Shown: in pieces, positions 1 through 13,600 of the stretch | How the letters are laid out: every line of letters starts with the position of its first letter | Position numbering within the stretch: position 1 is the stretch's first letter | From: Ylistrum balloti | Taxonomy: Eukaryota | DNA length: 64,000 nucleotides | Assembly (NCBI RefSeq): GCF_031769215.1 | Contig: NW_026781970.1 | Location: 2,790,001 to 2,854,000 of the forward strand | Direction of reading: 5' to 3' | Program-made: the position numbers and the translations under genes | Notes under the pieces: model-generated | Database searches by the model: none | Told to the model about the DNA's origin: nothing | Seen by the model: only the letters and a program-made list of their open reading frames with translations

Positions 1-231
1 ATTGGAGGAGAAAATCTTGCTTGTTTCTTGCTTTCTTTTTAAATTTTTTCCTCATCCATACTCTTCATATGTATTCAGTATTAATGTGTAGTTTTAAATT
101 TAACTTTGGACATAGTTTGCAATAATTTGTAAAGACATATGTTTACCAACCATTTTCTGCGAGTCTGTTCATAGACAGTTTATCATGTGACTACATTGAA
201 TAGAATCATCAAACAAAACTTTCAATATTAC

Positions 232-3200
232 CTCTGTCCAAGAGTATTTGTTGTATCAGCCATTGGTGTTGTATTCTCAGATATCTGATCTTCCTGTGTG
301 GTTGTTGCTGTGAAGACTTTAGTTTCTGATAACTATTTCAAAAAATACAAACAAAAATTTTATTAGGAAAACATAATCTTGCTTACAGGTACACAAAATA
401 CTATATCATGTGTCTTTTGGTGTTTTGATTTTTTGAAGGCATCAAATTAAATTGTCAATTCATTCTTCTAAATGCGTGAAATGGCCTTGATAGATTCACT
501 GAAGCTTGATTCACAATAAAACAAAACAATGAATAAATTCTTACACTTCCAGTCCATGTATCATCATTCCAATCTTCCATAGACTCCCAGTGACCTAAGC
601 AAAAAAAACCCCCATCAATTATAAATAAGATTTTTCCTGCACACATATTTTATCAATTCAAAATAACCAAATTGTAATTTCAAAGTAAATCATATCAAAA
701 TTTCTCATCAGGCAGTTAACACTTTTATTTTGTTCCAGAACAACCATTATTGTTTGTTCCTATAGATAATGTATTGCAAATTGTCTTTTCTTTTATTATG
801 GTGAACTTTTTTCATACTACACTTGAGCTGTGGATGCAGTTACAGAAATATCTTTAAAACTTGCAATACACTGTATACATTAAAAAAACATATTTTACAC
901 AGAACAAAATTCTTACTTGCTGCATTTTCTTTCTCTGCATTGGCTGCCGTTTCATTTGTCCATGTATCTATTTGAGGCCCTTTGTCAAACCTAGGATTCC
1001 TGTTAAAACTATGGAAATAAGCTTACACTGAATTGTTAGCGATCAATTAGAAATTTTGACTTCATTACTGATTCATATCATTATTATTTAAATTTGACTC
1101 AAAGTCAGTTCTACAAAAAATTCCTAAGTAGTTTGAATTAATACAAAATGTTTAGGAAATCTACGTATCAAAGTTTGCAAATCTATAATTGGTATATATA
1201 CAGTGGAACCCTCTTACTTTGATATTCTATTTTCTAGAAAAAAATATTAACTTGGATATCATAATAACTAAGAAAGCAATATTAAGATATAGGTCTGGTC
1301 CTTAAGTGGGATATTCTCCAATCATTAATCAATAGACAAACAACACCATGTTGATATAATCTCTGGATCGGTAAATTATAAACAAATTAATTCTCTATAT
1401 ATATATATAAAAAAAGGAAGTTCTTCTGAAACAGTAAATGTTGGTCAATACATAATGTGATTTGTTCAAACCAGTTGTCAACACAGTAACTAATCATATC
1501 ATAATGGGAATCAATCTCACTGTCATATCTACTTTCAATTTTTTTTCTTATAGGTAGCAGTAGATTCTTAGTGTAGATATTTAACGAGAATGAAGTACCA
1601 TAGGTCAACAAACATCATTTGGCAAAGAAATGTATGTGCTTTGCACATTGTTTTGGTGAAAGACAGGATGTGTAAATTGGTTTGGTCCACTTTGTGTATC
1701 TGCACATAGGCTGGCTGATAACTTTTAACCTTTTTTCATTGGATGACGTATATACTCATTAACTTGTTCTCGTTGGAACATATAATTGTGATTCATGTTG
1801 TTGTGTAATATGACAGAAGAAATAGCAAATACAATAACAATTCCCACCTTTTAACAATGCTGCGAATAATACAGTAAAACATGGATAAGTCAAAGTAGAA
1901 GGGACCTAACGAAATATTCAACTTATCCATGGTTGTATGAATGATGACATCGAAGATTGGCCTTATTTTCATTGGTTGTTTACCAGATACGAGTCTCATA
2001 GAATGATGTGACAGTAATGAATAAGTAATACATACATAAGAACATTATAAACTTTCATACACTAACGATATCTTTAATTTAAATAAGTAGTTATAAGTAC
2101 TAATATAAAACAAAATGAAATAATGTGAAACACGTTACTAAATTGCAGCACATGTTTATCCTTAAGAGTAACAAATCCTGTCAATAATATTTAAAAATAA
2201 AACTCAATAAATACGTTTTCACGAACATTCTACATAACATTGATAACCTTGATGTGGTTTACCAAAAGGTACAGTACTGTACGAGGGTAACCGTATAATA
2301 GAGTATAAAACTTGCACTTTTTATGAGTAGATGTATATCCAGTAAATGTATTTAAAATCACAAACAAATGTGTCAGTTACAAACAAGTGGTTTTTTTCAT
2401 CTGCATCAGTGCTGTAGTTATCATTTATTTTTTTCCTTTTGGTTTCTGGCAGCTATGTGCATAAAAAAGTAAACAAAACACATTAGATTTTGTTTTAAGA
2501 TTGGCTGTCTAATTCTGAGTAAATTCAAACTTTCTCCTGTATACCTGTGTAAATGCAGGAATTACTGTTCAATCAAAAATTACAATAGGGCTCCTAAACA
2601 TAGATACGACTGACCGATTAGATTCAGTCATGGGACGGAAGCCAGGAAATTTCTACCGGAGACAATGTGATGCCTGAATGTTGGACACAAAAATGGAAAT
2701 TTTGGTAGAATTTAGAAGGGAAGGATCACAAAATATATTCGACATAAGCACAGTATTCGACTCCACAGTGTTTGAATCATCCATGTTTTAATTTACTCGG
2801 ATAATGAAGAGAAAAAAACTGACCGAACAAAACATTCAACTTATCTTATGTATTTGATTCAAGCATGTTCAATAGAAGTGAGTTTTACTCACTGTATATC
2901 ATTTGACTATCATGTGAATTTACATGCGTTTGAATCACATCAAGATATCACTTTCCAACTATTTCTACAGACACCAAAAGATGTGGTCCACACACTCACA
3001 TGTGCTTTCCGAACAAATTAACCTGGAACTGAAGATAGTTATAAATCCCTTTGAAAATTATTAACAAAATAGGATAAAATTCAACAGGATTACGTCTGGG
3101 GGTTTCACAATGTACAACCTATCTTCTGTTAGGCTGCTAGAACTGGTAAGGTGGGCTCTAATGTTTATTGGCCCTATCGATCACGGGTTGCCCTTTGTGT

Positions 3201-6153
3201 CCACAGCATACCTAGACAGGCGTGCAGGGTGACCTTGGACAGTAATAAATGTCACTGTGACACATACTAGAGATTTTGGCTGATAGTATTTTTAATAAGC
3301 TGGATATGATGAAATACCACATTATAATAAGTGGGCTCCACTGTATAAGGCCTCCTTTATATCCTGAAGAGATAATACCTGTAAATTTTCTAAACATAGT
3401 CTTTGAAACTCAACACAAGTTGACAAACTAAGGAATCACAATAAGCTTACCTTCCTCTTCCTCCTCTTCGAGGCCCTCCTGTCAAAATAAAAATATAAAT
3501 AAAAATAAAAATAATTGTTTTCTCTTGTTACTTAATGGAAAGAATTGAATATGAATAAGATCACTTCATAATTAACTAGATCCAACGATGCAATTAGCAT
3601 CTATATAATTAATCAGAAATTTGGTAAAACAACAGCAACATATCAATCAAAAACTTTTATTATTTATTTAAACAGTTAAACTTCAATGTTTCAAAGTCCT
3701 AGCCCCCAGTCAAAAAACCTTTGATACATCAAAATTTCAAATCATTCATGGTGGGTTATAGTGGTGATTTCATGATCATGACTTTAGTTGATGACAATAT
3801 TTCTACCTGAACAAACACAGAAAATACCAAAAACACAAATTTAAATGAAATGAGGAACTTTTTTTATCTTAAAACATTTTCAGATATCAATGAGAAATCA
3901 ACAATGCATGCTTATGTTTATGTACAGCATCAAACTGGTCTTCACATGTTACAGTAATTATTTCAAGACTGTGATACATAAATGTTAAAGGCACTAATGA
4001 CTTAAAAGGAAGCAAACTAATTGACAAATTTGAATCTTTTAAGTTTGATTCATGGACATTTGACTGTATATATATCATATGGGCACTGCAAAAACTAAAA
4101 TGTGACACTTGAGAACTTTTCTGACAATTGTTTCTTGTAGTATGTACTCTCACCAAGTCTTATTATTCTTCATCAGCATTATCGAGTAGACATGCACACT
4201 TGTTGAAATACCATTTCACTTACCCCTCCCTCTTCCTCTGCCTCGACCTCGATTATCTGTATCTCGATCCTTATCAAAGGTCCCAAAACCATTCTCCTTA
4301 TTGTCATGATCATTGGTATTTTCTCTGTTTCCTCTGAATCCACCATCCCCTCTCTCCCTTCCTCGCCCACGAGCCAATCTTGGTGGACGACTGTCAAATC
4401 GTCGACCTCTGCGGGAACTGCTTTCTGGTCTGTTGTCCCCACTTCTGTCTGGCCTCTCACGTGGTTCAAAGTTCTGTTCAGTTTTGTCAGGCTTTTCATC
4501 AACATTATTCTGTGGTGGTTCTGTCTTATTTGAAGGATTTGCTCTTTTCTTTTTCTTTCCACCTGTCTCTCTCCACTCACCCTGAAAAGATTTAAATGAA
4601 TGAAGATACTGAGGGGAAATTTGCTATAAAACTCCATCTACTGATTATATTGTACCTTCCTTTTAAAAGAATAGAACATCATAACATCAAATCAATATAC
4701 CTGATAATTTTCTCCCTCTAAGAGCATGTTAATTGCTCCTTCAGTATCTTGTTGGCAATCATGTAATGCTATTTCACATTCAACTTGGGCTTTGCCTGTC
4801 AAATCAATTATCTGGAAAAATACAAACAAAGAAATAATCAGTTTTATATATATTTGTAAAATCTCACATACCTTCTGTCACAAACTGAACATATCTTTCC
4901 ATGGTATGTAAAGTATCTCTAAATTACCACCATCGGAATTTATACATGCCTTTTCTTAACTATAAAAATATTTAACCATTAAAACTTAAGGGGGAGTTGA
5001 AAAAATTGGTTTGAAATTAGAATTTGTAAAGTAATAAGACAAACATCATTGTAGTGACCTTAACCTCCAGAAGATCCATATTGGGATACTTACTTGTTGT
5101 ACTTTCTGTCTGAATATAGTTTCATCCTCGCTGATCTGTGAGATCTGTGCTATTCGCAGCTGTTCTGGTGTTGCCTACATTGTACATTGAATGCTTCAAT
5201 TACTTTTTTAATTTCAAAATGAAACACAAGACATTAGATAGATTGCGACAAAACATTTTCGTGGTTCCATCTGTTGTCAAAAGTAATTCAAATTGCTATT
5301 TAGATGCCAGCTCATAGATCCAGTATTTTTTCTATTGTATTTTTGAGCACTGTGCCTGTATCAATTCAATGGGAAAGTAATGAAATGCTTTTCTTCATTT
5401 GGGGCAAAATGGCAGTTTTTAACGAGTGGATCCAGTCTGTTTTTAGCTGTAAAACAGTTTAGAAATTCACCAACATCGGACATTTTTCTATTTCAAATAA
5501 GTTGTATTGGGCTATACATGTAATTAAGCAAGATGCATCTCTTCTTTTTTTTTCTAAAATTTCCTCTTCATAGAGACCAAGGCTAATGCAACTTACAACT
5601 TAATGGCAAATTCTGTTCAATGTATATCGATTAAATTGATCCTGCTTCTGGAGGAATCCATTCCTTCAGAAGTGGAACATTTCTTTGACACAAGGTAAGT
5701 TGATGTAATTCATTTAGTCAAAAGTATCAACCATATAAAAAGACTTTGTCAATACCACTCCAATCATACCTATAGTCTATATTCCTTGGAGAATACCTAA
5801 TCTCATTTTGTTTAAATTCAAATTTTGTATAATTCTACTGAAAAGTAATCTTCACAGTGATGTTTACAGCTTCATTATATGTCAAGTACAATGCATTGCT
5901 AAACATTTCAGGAAAAAATTGGCCAGGTAAATTCCACATGCCATAAGGCTAGTAGCCAAACTGCTACTTAAAAGCTGTACTACTATATTAATCACACATA
6001 TCAGATTTCCTAATTAGCTCGTTTTCTCTCTACCTGGTGCATCTTTGAAGAGGATTCATCTGTCTTCACTTGCGGCCGTGATGCAGCTTTTGCATTTTTG
6101 TCCTTACTGGGCCTATTGCTAGCACGGGATGCGCTCACCGCTGTGCTCATCAT
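232..6153 (-). CDS. UBAP2L: Ubiquitin-associated protein 2 / 2-like (lingerer family), N-terminal part; gene continues beyond window start
   Basis: Phase-consistent GT-AG exons 6153-6034, 5174-5094, 4811-4701, 4581-4224, 3478-3451, 999-917, 594-545, 332-232. Translation MMSTAVSASR...HQ-ATPEQLRIAQIS...IIDLTGKAQVECEIALHDCQQDTEGAINMLLEG (UBA-like domain), RGG-rich region, EDWNDDTWTGSLSETKVFTA, all matching UBAP2/UBAP2L motifs (QATAEQIRLAQ, ALHDC, EDWNEDLSETKIFTA). UBAP2 versus UBAP2L cannot be separated; likely a single pro-orthologue. Confidence 0.9.
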
Positions 6154-7838
6154 ATACAGTATTTACACAACTTTATATACAATAACAGGTATCTGAAACA
6201 AATAGAAAATCAACTGAATGTTGTATGCTGATTGGACATAAATGTTGAAAAATTACTGTCATGAAAATATACACCATGTAATTTTGATCTGATACTACAA
6301 TCATGCATTAAAAACCAATATACAATTATTAGAGTTACCATTCTTTTTTGAACTGACACTGTTATGTTTTCTCTCCTTGCAGTTTACACGTTTTGTTTCA
6401 AATTGGGTAGGTTTAATTGTTATGCATTAAAACATGCTAATCGGCTTGCTGTAGAAATGGTTAAAAAACCCTACCATATTACTGGTAAATGTTGGGATTT
6501 ATTCCCTTATTTCGACATCACTTCATACAAGAATATAATAGTATCATCACAAACCATGTATACTCAATGTTTATCTGTCCGTCATTATCCTATCTCTCTT
6601 CTAAAATCACCTTAACAAACTATATGCATTTGGAGTCATGTTGTGGTTGTTTTCGAGAGTAACTTTGAGAATGGTACTGTTGTTAGTTGATATCACATAT
6701 AATCTTAGTAGTCTTGGCTAGGGCCGTCAAAGTTGCAGAATTTTTACCAGGATTATCCAATCTTTGAAACATCATCCATATCCAGGTACTCAAAATAATC
6801 AAGAATGATTTTGTGCTTGGATAAAGTAGGGTAAAAAACTTAAAACTAAAAAAACACTTTATCCAAATAATGAAAATCTTACTTTTTCCTTTCATTACCC
6901 GACAGGTATAAATAGTAAACTAATATGTATATATCCCTCATGTTTACATTATTAGGGAAATATACATATTAGTTTACTAATACATGTTTACGCAAAGGTG
7001 ACGCTGATCAACTAATCTTAAACAAGAAAAAGTGGTGGCCAGGATGAAATGTTACTGAAACAAATGTTGCTTGTAAACACATTTCAATAATATATCATTA
7101 TTATCAACACACAAGGTGATTATGAACATTTCCTGAAACGTTATCTGTATAATCAGACTGTTGATACATGCTTTGAGTTCTCAATAAACCCAATACATAT
7201 CTGGGTACACCTCAATTCAGGGCTGCAGGGCATTTGCCGTAGTCTACAGCGGTGAGATAAGTCCATATTTGATGGTGATGTGTCCAATTTATAATTTTTT
7301 ATGATGAACGAAAACCCTACACTTTTGTTAAACAAATGTATCTAATGCACTTTTGATATAGTAACTATAGTAGTGGATTTTTTTTTGTAAAAACCAGATT
7401 ACAGTAGCTGGTTCTCAACCCCGACAACCCTTTCCATGTTGCTACTGAAATTCAATCCATGAAGTATTTATGAAAGAAATTCCAAGTAATAGATAAGATC
7501 AAATATTAGAGATAAATTCAGTATATACAAGTCTATCTCAGCATTACAAATATTGTATGATGTTCGCGTTTGTGACAAGGGCATTGAAGTGCGATGTTCT
7601 GTGCGCAAGTAGCAGTTTTAAAAAGCGGCCTGTAACCAAATTTCCTTCATTTTCATATAAAGACTTTCACTGGAATCATCTCTTCTAAAATAAAACTGAT
7701 TTTCACATCAACACGCGATATTTGTCGTCTAAACTTCGTCCGTTGTTTCTCGAGGGTGAGCAAATTCAGCAACACAAAACCATGCATGTCAACAGACTAT
7801 AACGACAGATGATCTACCAGTAAAAACGTTACTTTTAC

Positions 7839-8245
7839 CAGTAATATGTGCCCAAAGAGTGAAATATAACAAATAATTCTGCATAAAGTATTATACAATC
7901 AATAAGAGTGACTAGGTTTGCTGGATTTCGACGATTTGCTACGTAACAAAACACCTCGTTCGGCACCATGTGACGCCATGCTGGATTTCCTCATCAATTT
8001 TCTGAATATATTGGAACTGTTCTACGATATTTTCATAAGAAAGCTATGAATTTTCAAAACCATGATAAACTTATCTTTGGCAAATACTCAAAACAAATCA
8101 TATCTTTGAATTAAATATAACGAAATACAGCAAATAGTCCGACCACATTCATTACCTAGGTCTGCTCTCACAATGGCATCGGGTCACGTGATTATACCTA
8201 GAATTCGCGCCGCCATATATAAAATTTCCGGAGATGACGTAATGA
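7839..8245 (-). promoter_or_regulatory. Probable promoter and non-coding first exon of the UBAP2L-like gene
   Basis: Locally CpG-rich; YY1-like CGCCAT motifs (about 7974-7979 and 8210-8216), CRE-like TGACGTAA near 8235; minus-strand donor CTG|GTAAAA at 7839/7838; the coding exon at 6192-6034 has an upstream AG acceptor so an upstream exon is required. Confidence 0.35.
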
Positions 8246-10669
8246 AGGAATCCCCCTTCACATACATAAAATAGACAGTTTTGATGGATATTGATTAGAT
8301 GTGTTTCTGCAACAAAGATTATTCTATTAAATAAAATGAATTCTAGACAAAGTGCATGTGTCGTATAGGAGTATTTTGCTGAAAATACCCCTATTTCCGG
8401 TCAATCCTCCGAACGATTACGAATGTTAATGATATGTAAAGGGAAACAACTGCAAAAACGACAAGCGTGTACTTGCTAAAAAGACGAAGCATATTATGTC
8501 TGATCACTAGAGCATGATGTATTCCTGTGGTAAACAAATTAAGACATGCATGTCATTACGTGTTTGGCAGTGTTAATTTGTTTATACCATATACATTTCT
8601 GCACCATTGAAAAGCAAACATAAACCAAACGTTAAATACAAAAATATCACGCTTGATGTTAGATTCAAAGTATATATACTTATGGATACGAGCACTTGCT
8701 GTTTTTAATCAACTGATTCATCGTGTTTTTTCTATTATATACACCAGAAATTAATTGAAAGCCAAAAGGAACCAAGAACATTATCGTTATCAAACATGCA
8801 GGGCCCTTTTCTTGGTTGAAGGGATCAAGTTTGATAACAGACCTATCCATATAAACAGAACCCACAAATCTCAAAATTTATTTATTTGAATAATTTGTAT
8901 CTGATAATTAAACTTCTCGGAAATTAAAATGACATTTAATTTCATTTTAGAGAGATTTATTAATCCGGCACACATGAGATGGAACTGATTGTTCAACTAC
9001 TATCGGATCCTGATATCACAGTAGGTTGCATTCATGATACAACGAGACAATACCTATTTTAAACATATCCTTTTTTTTTTGTTTCAAAATTTGGCAAGCA
9101 AGAGAATTGGGCACAAGCCAAAATGACAACTTATTGAAGACCTCTCCTCCACAGTTTAATTCAACAAACAGCAAAATATGCGTTTTGTATTATAGAACGA
9201 GTTTTGAAATCAGAAGAGTGAAGGAAGAAAATACTTGTACACCATGTTATTCCCCCGCCTCACAAAAAAGAAAACGGCAAAATTGGTGTGTTAAATTTGA
9301 ATGTGTAGAAGTACACAACTCGTCATTTCAGAATTTTGACACACAGCTTTTTGTTTACATGTAGTGTTAATTTTGATACTTTTTAATGTGTTTTTAATTT
9401 TTTTAATGCAATAACTTATTTATGTAACTGAGGTTTGACACCTATGTGTTGGGATAGTATTAACTTAAGTGATACTTTTAAATCGATTCGATCCCACATT
9501 TGTCTGTGACAAAATCAAAATATAATATATATATTTATGAAAAAACAATAATAAATTCTGTTGCGATTAGTCTAGACTTGAAACGTTAAGTGATTGGACT
9601 ATAATCAGAGACATACGTCTCTGCTATAATGAAGACCGTTTTTGGACTCGCGTTCTACCGGCGAGTTTCCCTATAAGAGCCTCGATTTCTTGCAATCTGT
9701 TTGACTTGACATCTCAGGAAAATTATGTCCTTAATTTCTAATTCTTATTCTAGTTTTCTTTCCGCCTATAGAATATTACCATAATCTATAAGCTAATAAT
9801 CTCAGGGAATATTCATTGAAAGACATTGATAAACGCCGAAAAATGTTTTTTTTTCTCTCTCTCGATGACATCACCAGACATACCTCGGACATGATAGATG
9901 TATATGAGAGAGTATGTTGACATATATAGGGATTATCAAGGTCTAAGCAGGGACGTATAACACAGTTTTATATGTTCTTGGTATCAGATGTCCCTTGCAT
10001 TTTGCTAATTTGGTGAATAATTAAGCATTAACGAATAATTGGTACATGTCGCTTGTTAAAACTGAGCAGGTGTTATCACTACTATACTATATGATATAAC
10101 AGGTGCTATTGTTACAATGAATAGGTGATATTATCAAATCGTTTTATTGGTACCACTAAATGTAGCTGCTGTCTCTGTTGAGCGGTTTTGAAATGCATTA
10201 TTTAAACATTTCAATGAAACAGTACAAGCATTCGACTACACCGTAATATGGTTGACTGCCGACAATCATTGAATCATTTGGAAGCTTTCCCCTGTATTTT
10301 GAAATATGACATCTATCGTTGTCTTATTCTTGTTTGAGGTTTCAGCGTCAAGACAGTACCCCGAATTCAACTTATTTTTAATGGCTAGAAGCTGACACTA
10401 TCTGCGTTTGACCTTGCTTTGCATAAAGAACGGACATTTTCAAATATTTTGCAAAATGAGATAAGGTATCAATAAAATAAATGAAAACAATGAAATAAAA
10501 ACAGCTATCAGTTTTACATGTTATTGCCGAATATTTGTGAATGATAATGATAATACTTATTTTTGTCATTTGCATAGAAGCGTATACTCCGGATTTCTTA
10601 CTGTGGGTTTATAGTTTAGAATGGTCTAGTCTCTTTTTACCTTCAAACGGAGGAGAGGACCAAATAAAA

Positions 10670-13600
10670 ATGAGTGGGGTGTCAGCAGACTGGGAAAGGA
10701 AATTACAGACCATTCGGGCAAACATTGCAACAGGCAATATTGAAAAACTGTTTGGAGAAGAATATATCGTCATTGATCTCTTGAAAGTAATATAGAAATG
10801 TTTTAATACATATCAGTGGTATGGAACAACCATTTTTTGGTGATTATGATATGATCACAAGACATTCATGATTTCTGTCGTCTGCACATGTCTAGTTTTT
10901 TGTTACAATAATAAGGAAATTGATATTGTTTAGAAAATATTCATCTCTCATTACCCTTGATTTTCAAGCACTCTCTTGTATAAATACTGTGTCAAAGCTG
11001 TATGTCTGGTTTCAATTTTAAAATACATGGGAACATTGATTATTCTTTACCTGGCGGTGTTTTTTCTGTGTATATGTGCTCATATGTGCTTGATAGAAAG
11101 ACATTGCACATTGTCATTGCTAGATAAACTGCATAGATCAAATTTAATGCAAATAGCTGGTATGTCAAAATATTTTGTTGCCACATTAAGGACTACAACC
11201 ATCATCAGATGGTTGGCTTTTCAAATTGGTCTTTGTTTTTGCTTGGATGCCAGGTTATCCTAACATAGAAACTGAATTATTCACATCATAGAAAAACGAA
11301 AAATATCAAAGGCTCTTATAGCTAATCTTTCATGTATCTAAAAATTCAATAATTCTGATATTTTGTCTCACTTTGAGAACCGAAGAATCAAATATATTAT
11401 TGTGGAACTTTTACAAATGATGTTAACATGAATTCATTATTTGCATTTTGATTTCCTAGGTCTTGTATGAAGACTCATTAGATGTGTCATCCAAGGTAGA
11501 GCTGCTTGTTTTGCTAGAGAGCTATGGTGGATATGGAGGAATACAGTCAAGCAGGTTTGTCTTATTTAAAGGACTGAAATTTGCTGTTTGTATATTAGTT
11601 TTTTATATGCCTGTCAGAATTGTGGACATGATGTAAAATGGTACAGCATGTCCATTCTTCCACCATAAACTTTTATTTGTGTTCTGATCTCCTCTATCAG
11701 ACTTCAATCTCTTACAAACTTCCATTCTCTTTAGAGCTTGGCATGCTTCAAAACATCAAAACATCAAAACATATAGCACTCTGTTCCCTCCTGGCATTTT
11801 TACTCATAGATGTTTTTACCATTTCCATATTTATATTAGATTTAATGCAATAAATTATGAATATTTCTTTGGCATGGTATGGGCAAATATCATTCCACTT
11901 GTTCTAAAAGGGAATAATGTTATCATTGGTTGGTTGGTTGACAGGTTTTCCATCTCCGTGACTCCTCCTGTGTCTGGGTATTGTCTCACCAATGAATGTG
12001 GGATTTTACTTATTTGATTAGGAGCATCCTTTTGTTGATGCAAACACAATGCTACATTTCAGGAGAGAGTGAATAATCTTTTAAAGTATGTGGAAAAGAT
12101 GCAATAGGGGGAATGAAGGAAAATTAATTTTGGAAGTATTTGTGTTAACATATAGAAGTCAAACTGCATGTTATATTATGGAAGGGCAGAATTAATTTTG
12201 TGATCACATTTGTCTGGTGTTGTGCAATTGTAAACAATTTTCGACTTCTTCTCAAAAAGCCCTGAATCAGTTTCATTGAAATTTTGCGGAAACTCCCCCT
12301 GGCCTAAGATGAACCAAAATATTCAACTTTAATATTATTTTGATAGAAAAATTAGCATTTTTGAGCATAACGTTTATTAATTATTTCCCATCTGAAACAT
12401 CTTGGTAAGAATGATTAATATAGGATGACTGTTTTACTGGTATGCATGTATTGACACTGGCTTACTATTTTCATTGTCACAAATTCTTTTTCATGACATT
12501 TGAAAGATACTTAACCTTTAACCTTTATATGCAATATTGCTTATCTCAGGGCCACTAGGCCTCTCGGTAGATATGTGGGATGGATAACCATTATATATGT
12601 TCATTCAGTGTTGACCAGATTGTTGCTTCCTTGTTGGATGTGTTCCACCAGTACCATGGTAGAATTGATGGACAGTCCTTGTTCTTGGAGCAGCTTCTTC
12701 TGACCATTACTACACTGCTTATCCAGTATGACCAGCTGGTATGTTGACTATTTTTGTGAGATAGAAGAAAAAGATTATACAGGCAATATACTAGGCTATG
12801 AGACCAGGTAAAAATGTTAACTATGCTTTTAGAAATATAAATCGAAATTTGCCCAAGCAGATGTTAAAAAAGGCAGAAATGCCTGAACAGAATTATATAT
12901 TTTATTCAAAATGATAATTAAAAAAAAGATATGGAAAAATGACAGTGCATTCTGAGCTTGCCTGTAGCCAAATTTTGTGCGAATATACAAAAATTTGAAT
13001 GTGACCTGCACAGTTAAACTTTAGAAATAGATAGGAAACATATGAGAGACAAATGCTCCTCCTGCTACTTGTTTCAACAATTTTTATATGCCGGTCGAAA
13101 GACAGAATGTATTATGTTTTCACGCAGGCTGGCGGCCGCACATAAGTTTCCATTCAATAACTTGAATGATTTTTTTTACAGATTAATTTGAAACTTCACA
13201 TGAAGATTTATTACCATAAAAGCCAGGTCAGATTTGATAACAAAAAATTTTCACCCATTATTTACAGAGTCATGGCCCTGGGTATGCTTGCAAAATAGGT
13301 TTCCGATCGATAACTTGTGAAATTTTTTACAGATTAATTGGAAACTTCACATGGATGTTTATTACCATAAAAGCCAGGTCAAGAGTGATAACCAAAATTT
13401 TTCGCCCATTATTTACAGAGTTATGGCCCTTGGTACATTTGAAAAATAGGTTTCCCCTCAATAATTTGAGTAATTTTTCATTTATTAATTTGAAACTTCA
13501 TATGAAGGTTTATTCCTATGGATGAAACCTTTCTGCCAATTGTCAATGTCAGTTTGTATAAGAGTTGTCAGTAATCCTTCCTACGAATCAAAAATATCCT

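Noticed and set aside
3095-3370. Hairpin-rich segment in a UBAP2L intron as H/ACA snoRNA, and ATGATGA...CTGA at about 3305-3367 as C/D snoRNA
   Set aside because: No ANANNA hinge or correct pocket-to-ACA spacing; the C/D-like pair is antisense to the host transcript.
4128-4637. Overlapping ORFs of the track around UBAP2L exon 4, including the 152-aa minus ORF
   Set aside because: Alternative frames and antisense of the real exon 4581-4224, whose frame is fixed by flanking exons.
9065-9075. ATATCCTTT as a U12-type 5' splice site
   Set aside because: Intergenic, no open upstream exon, and no downstream TCCTTAAC branch point with AC acceptor seen.
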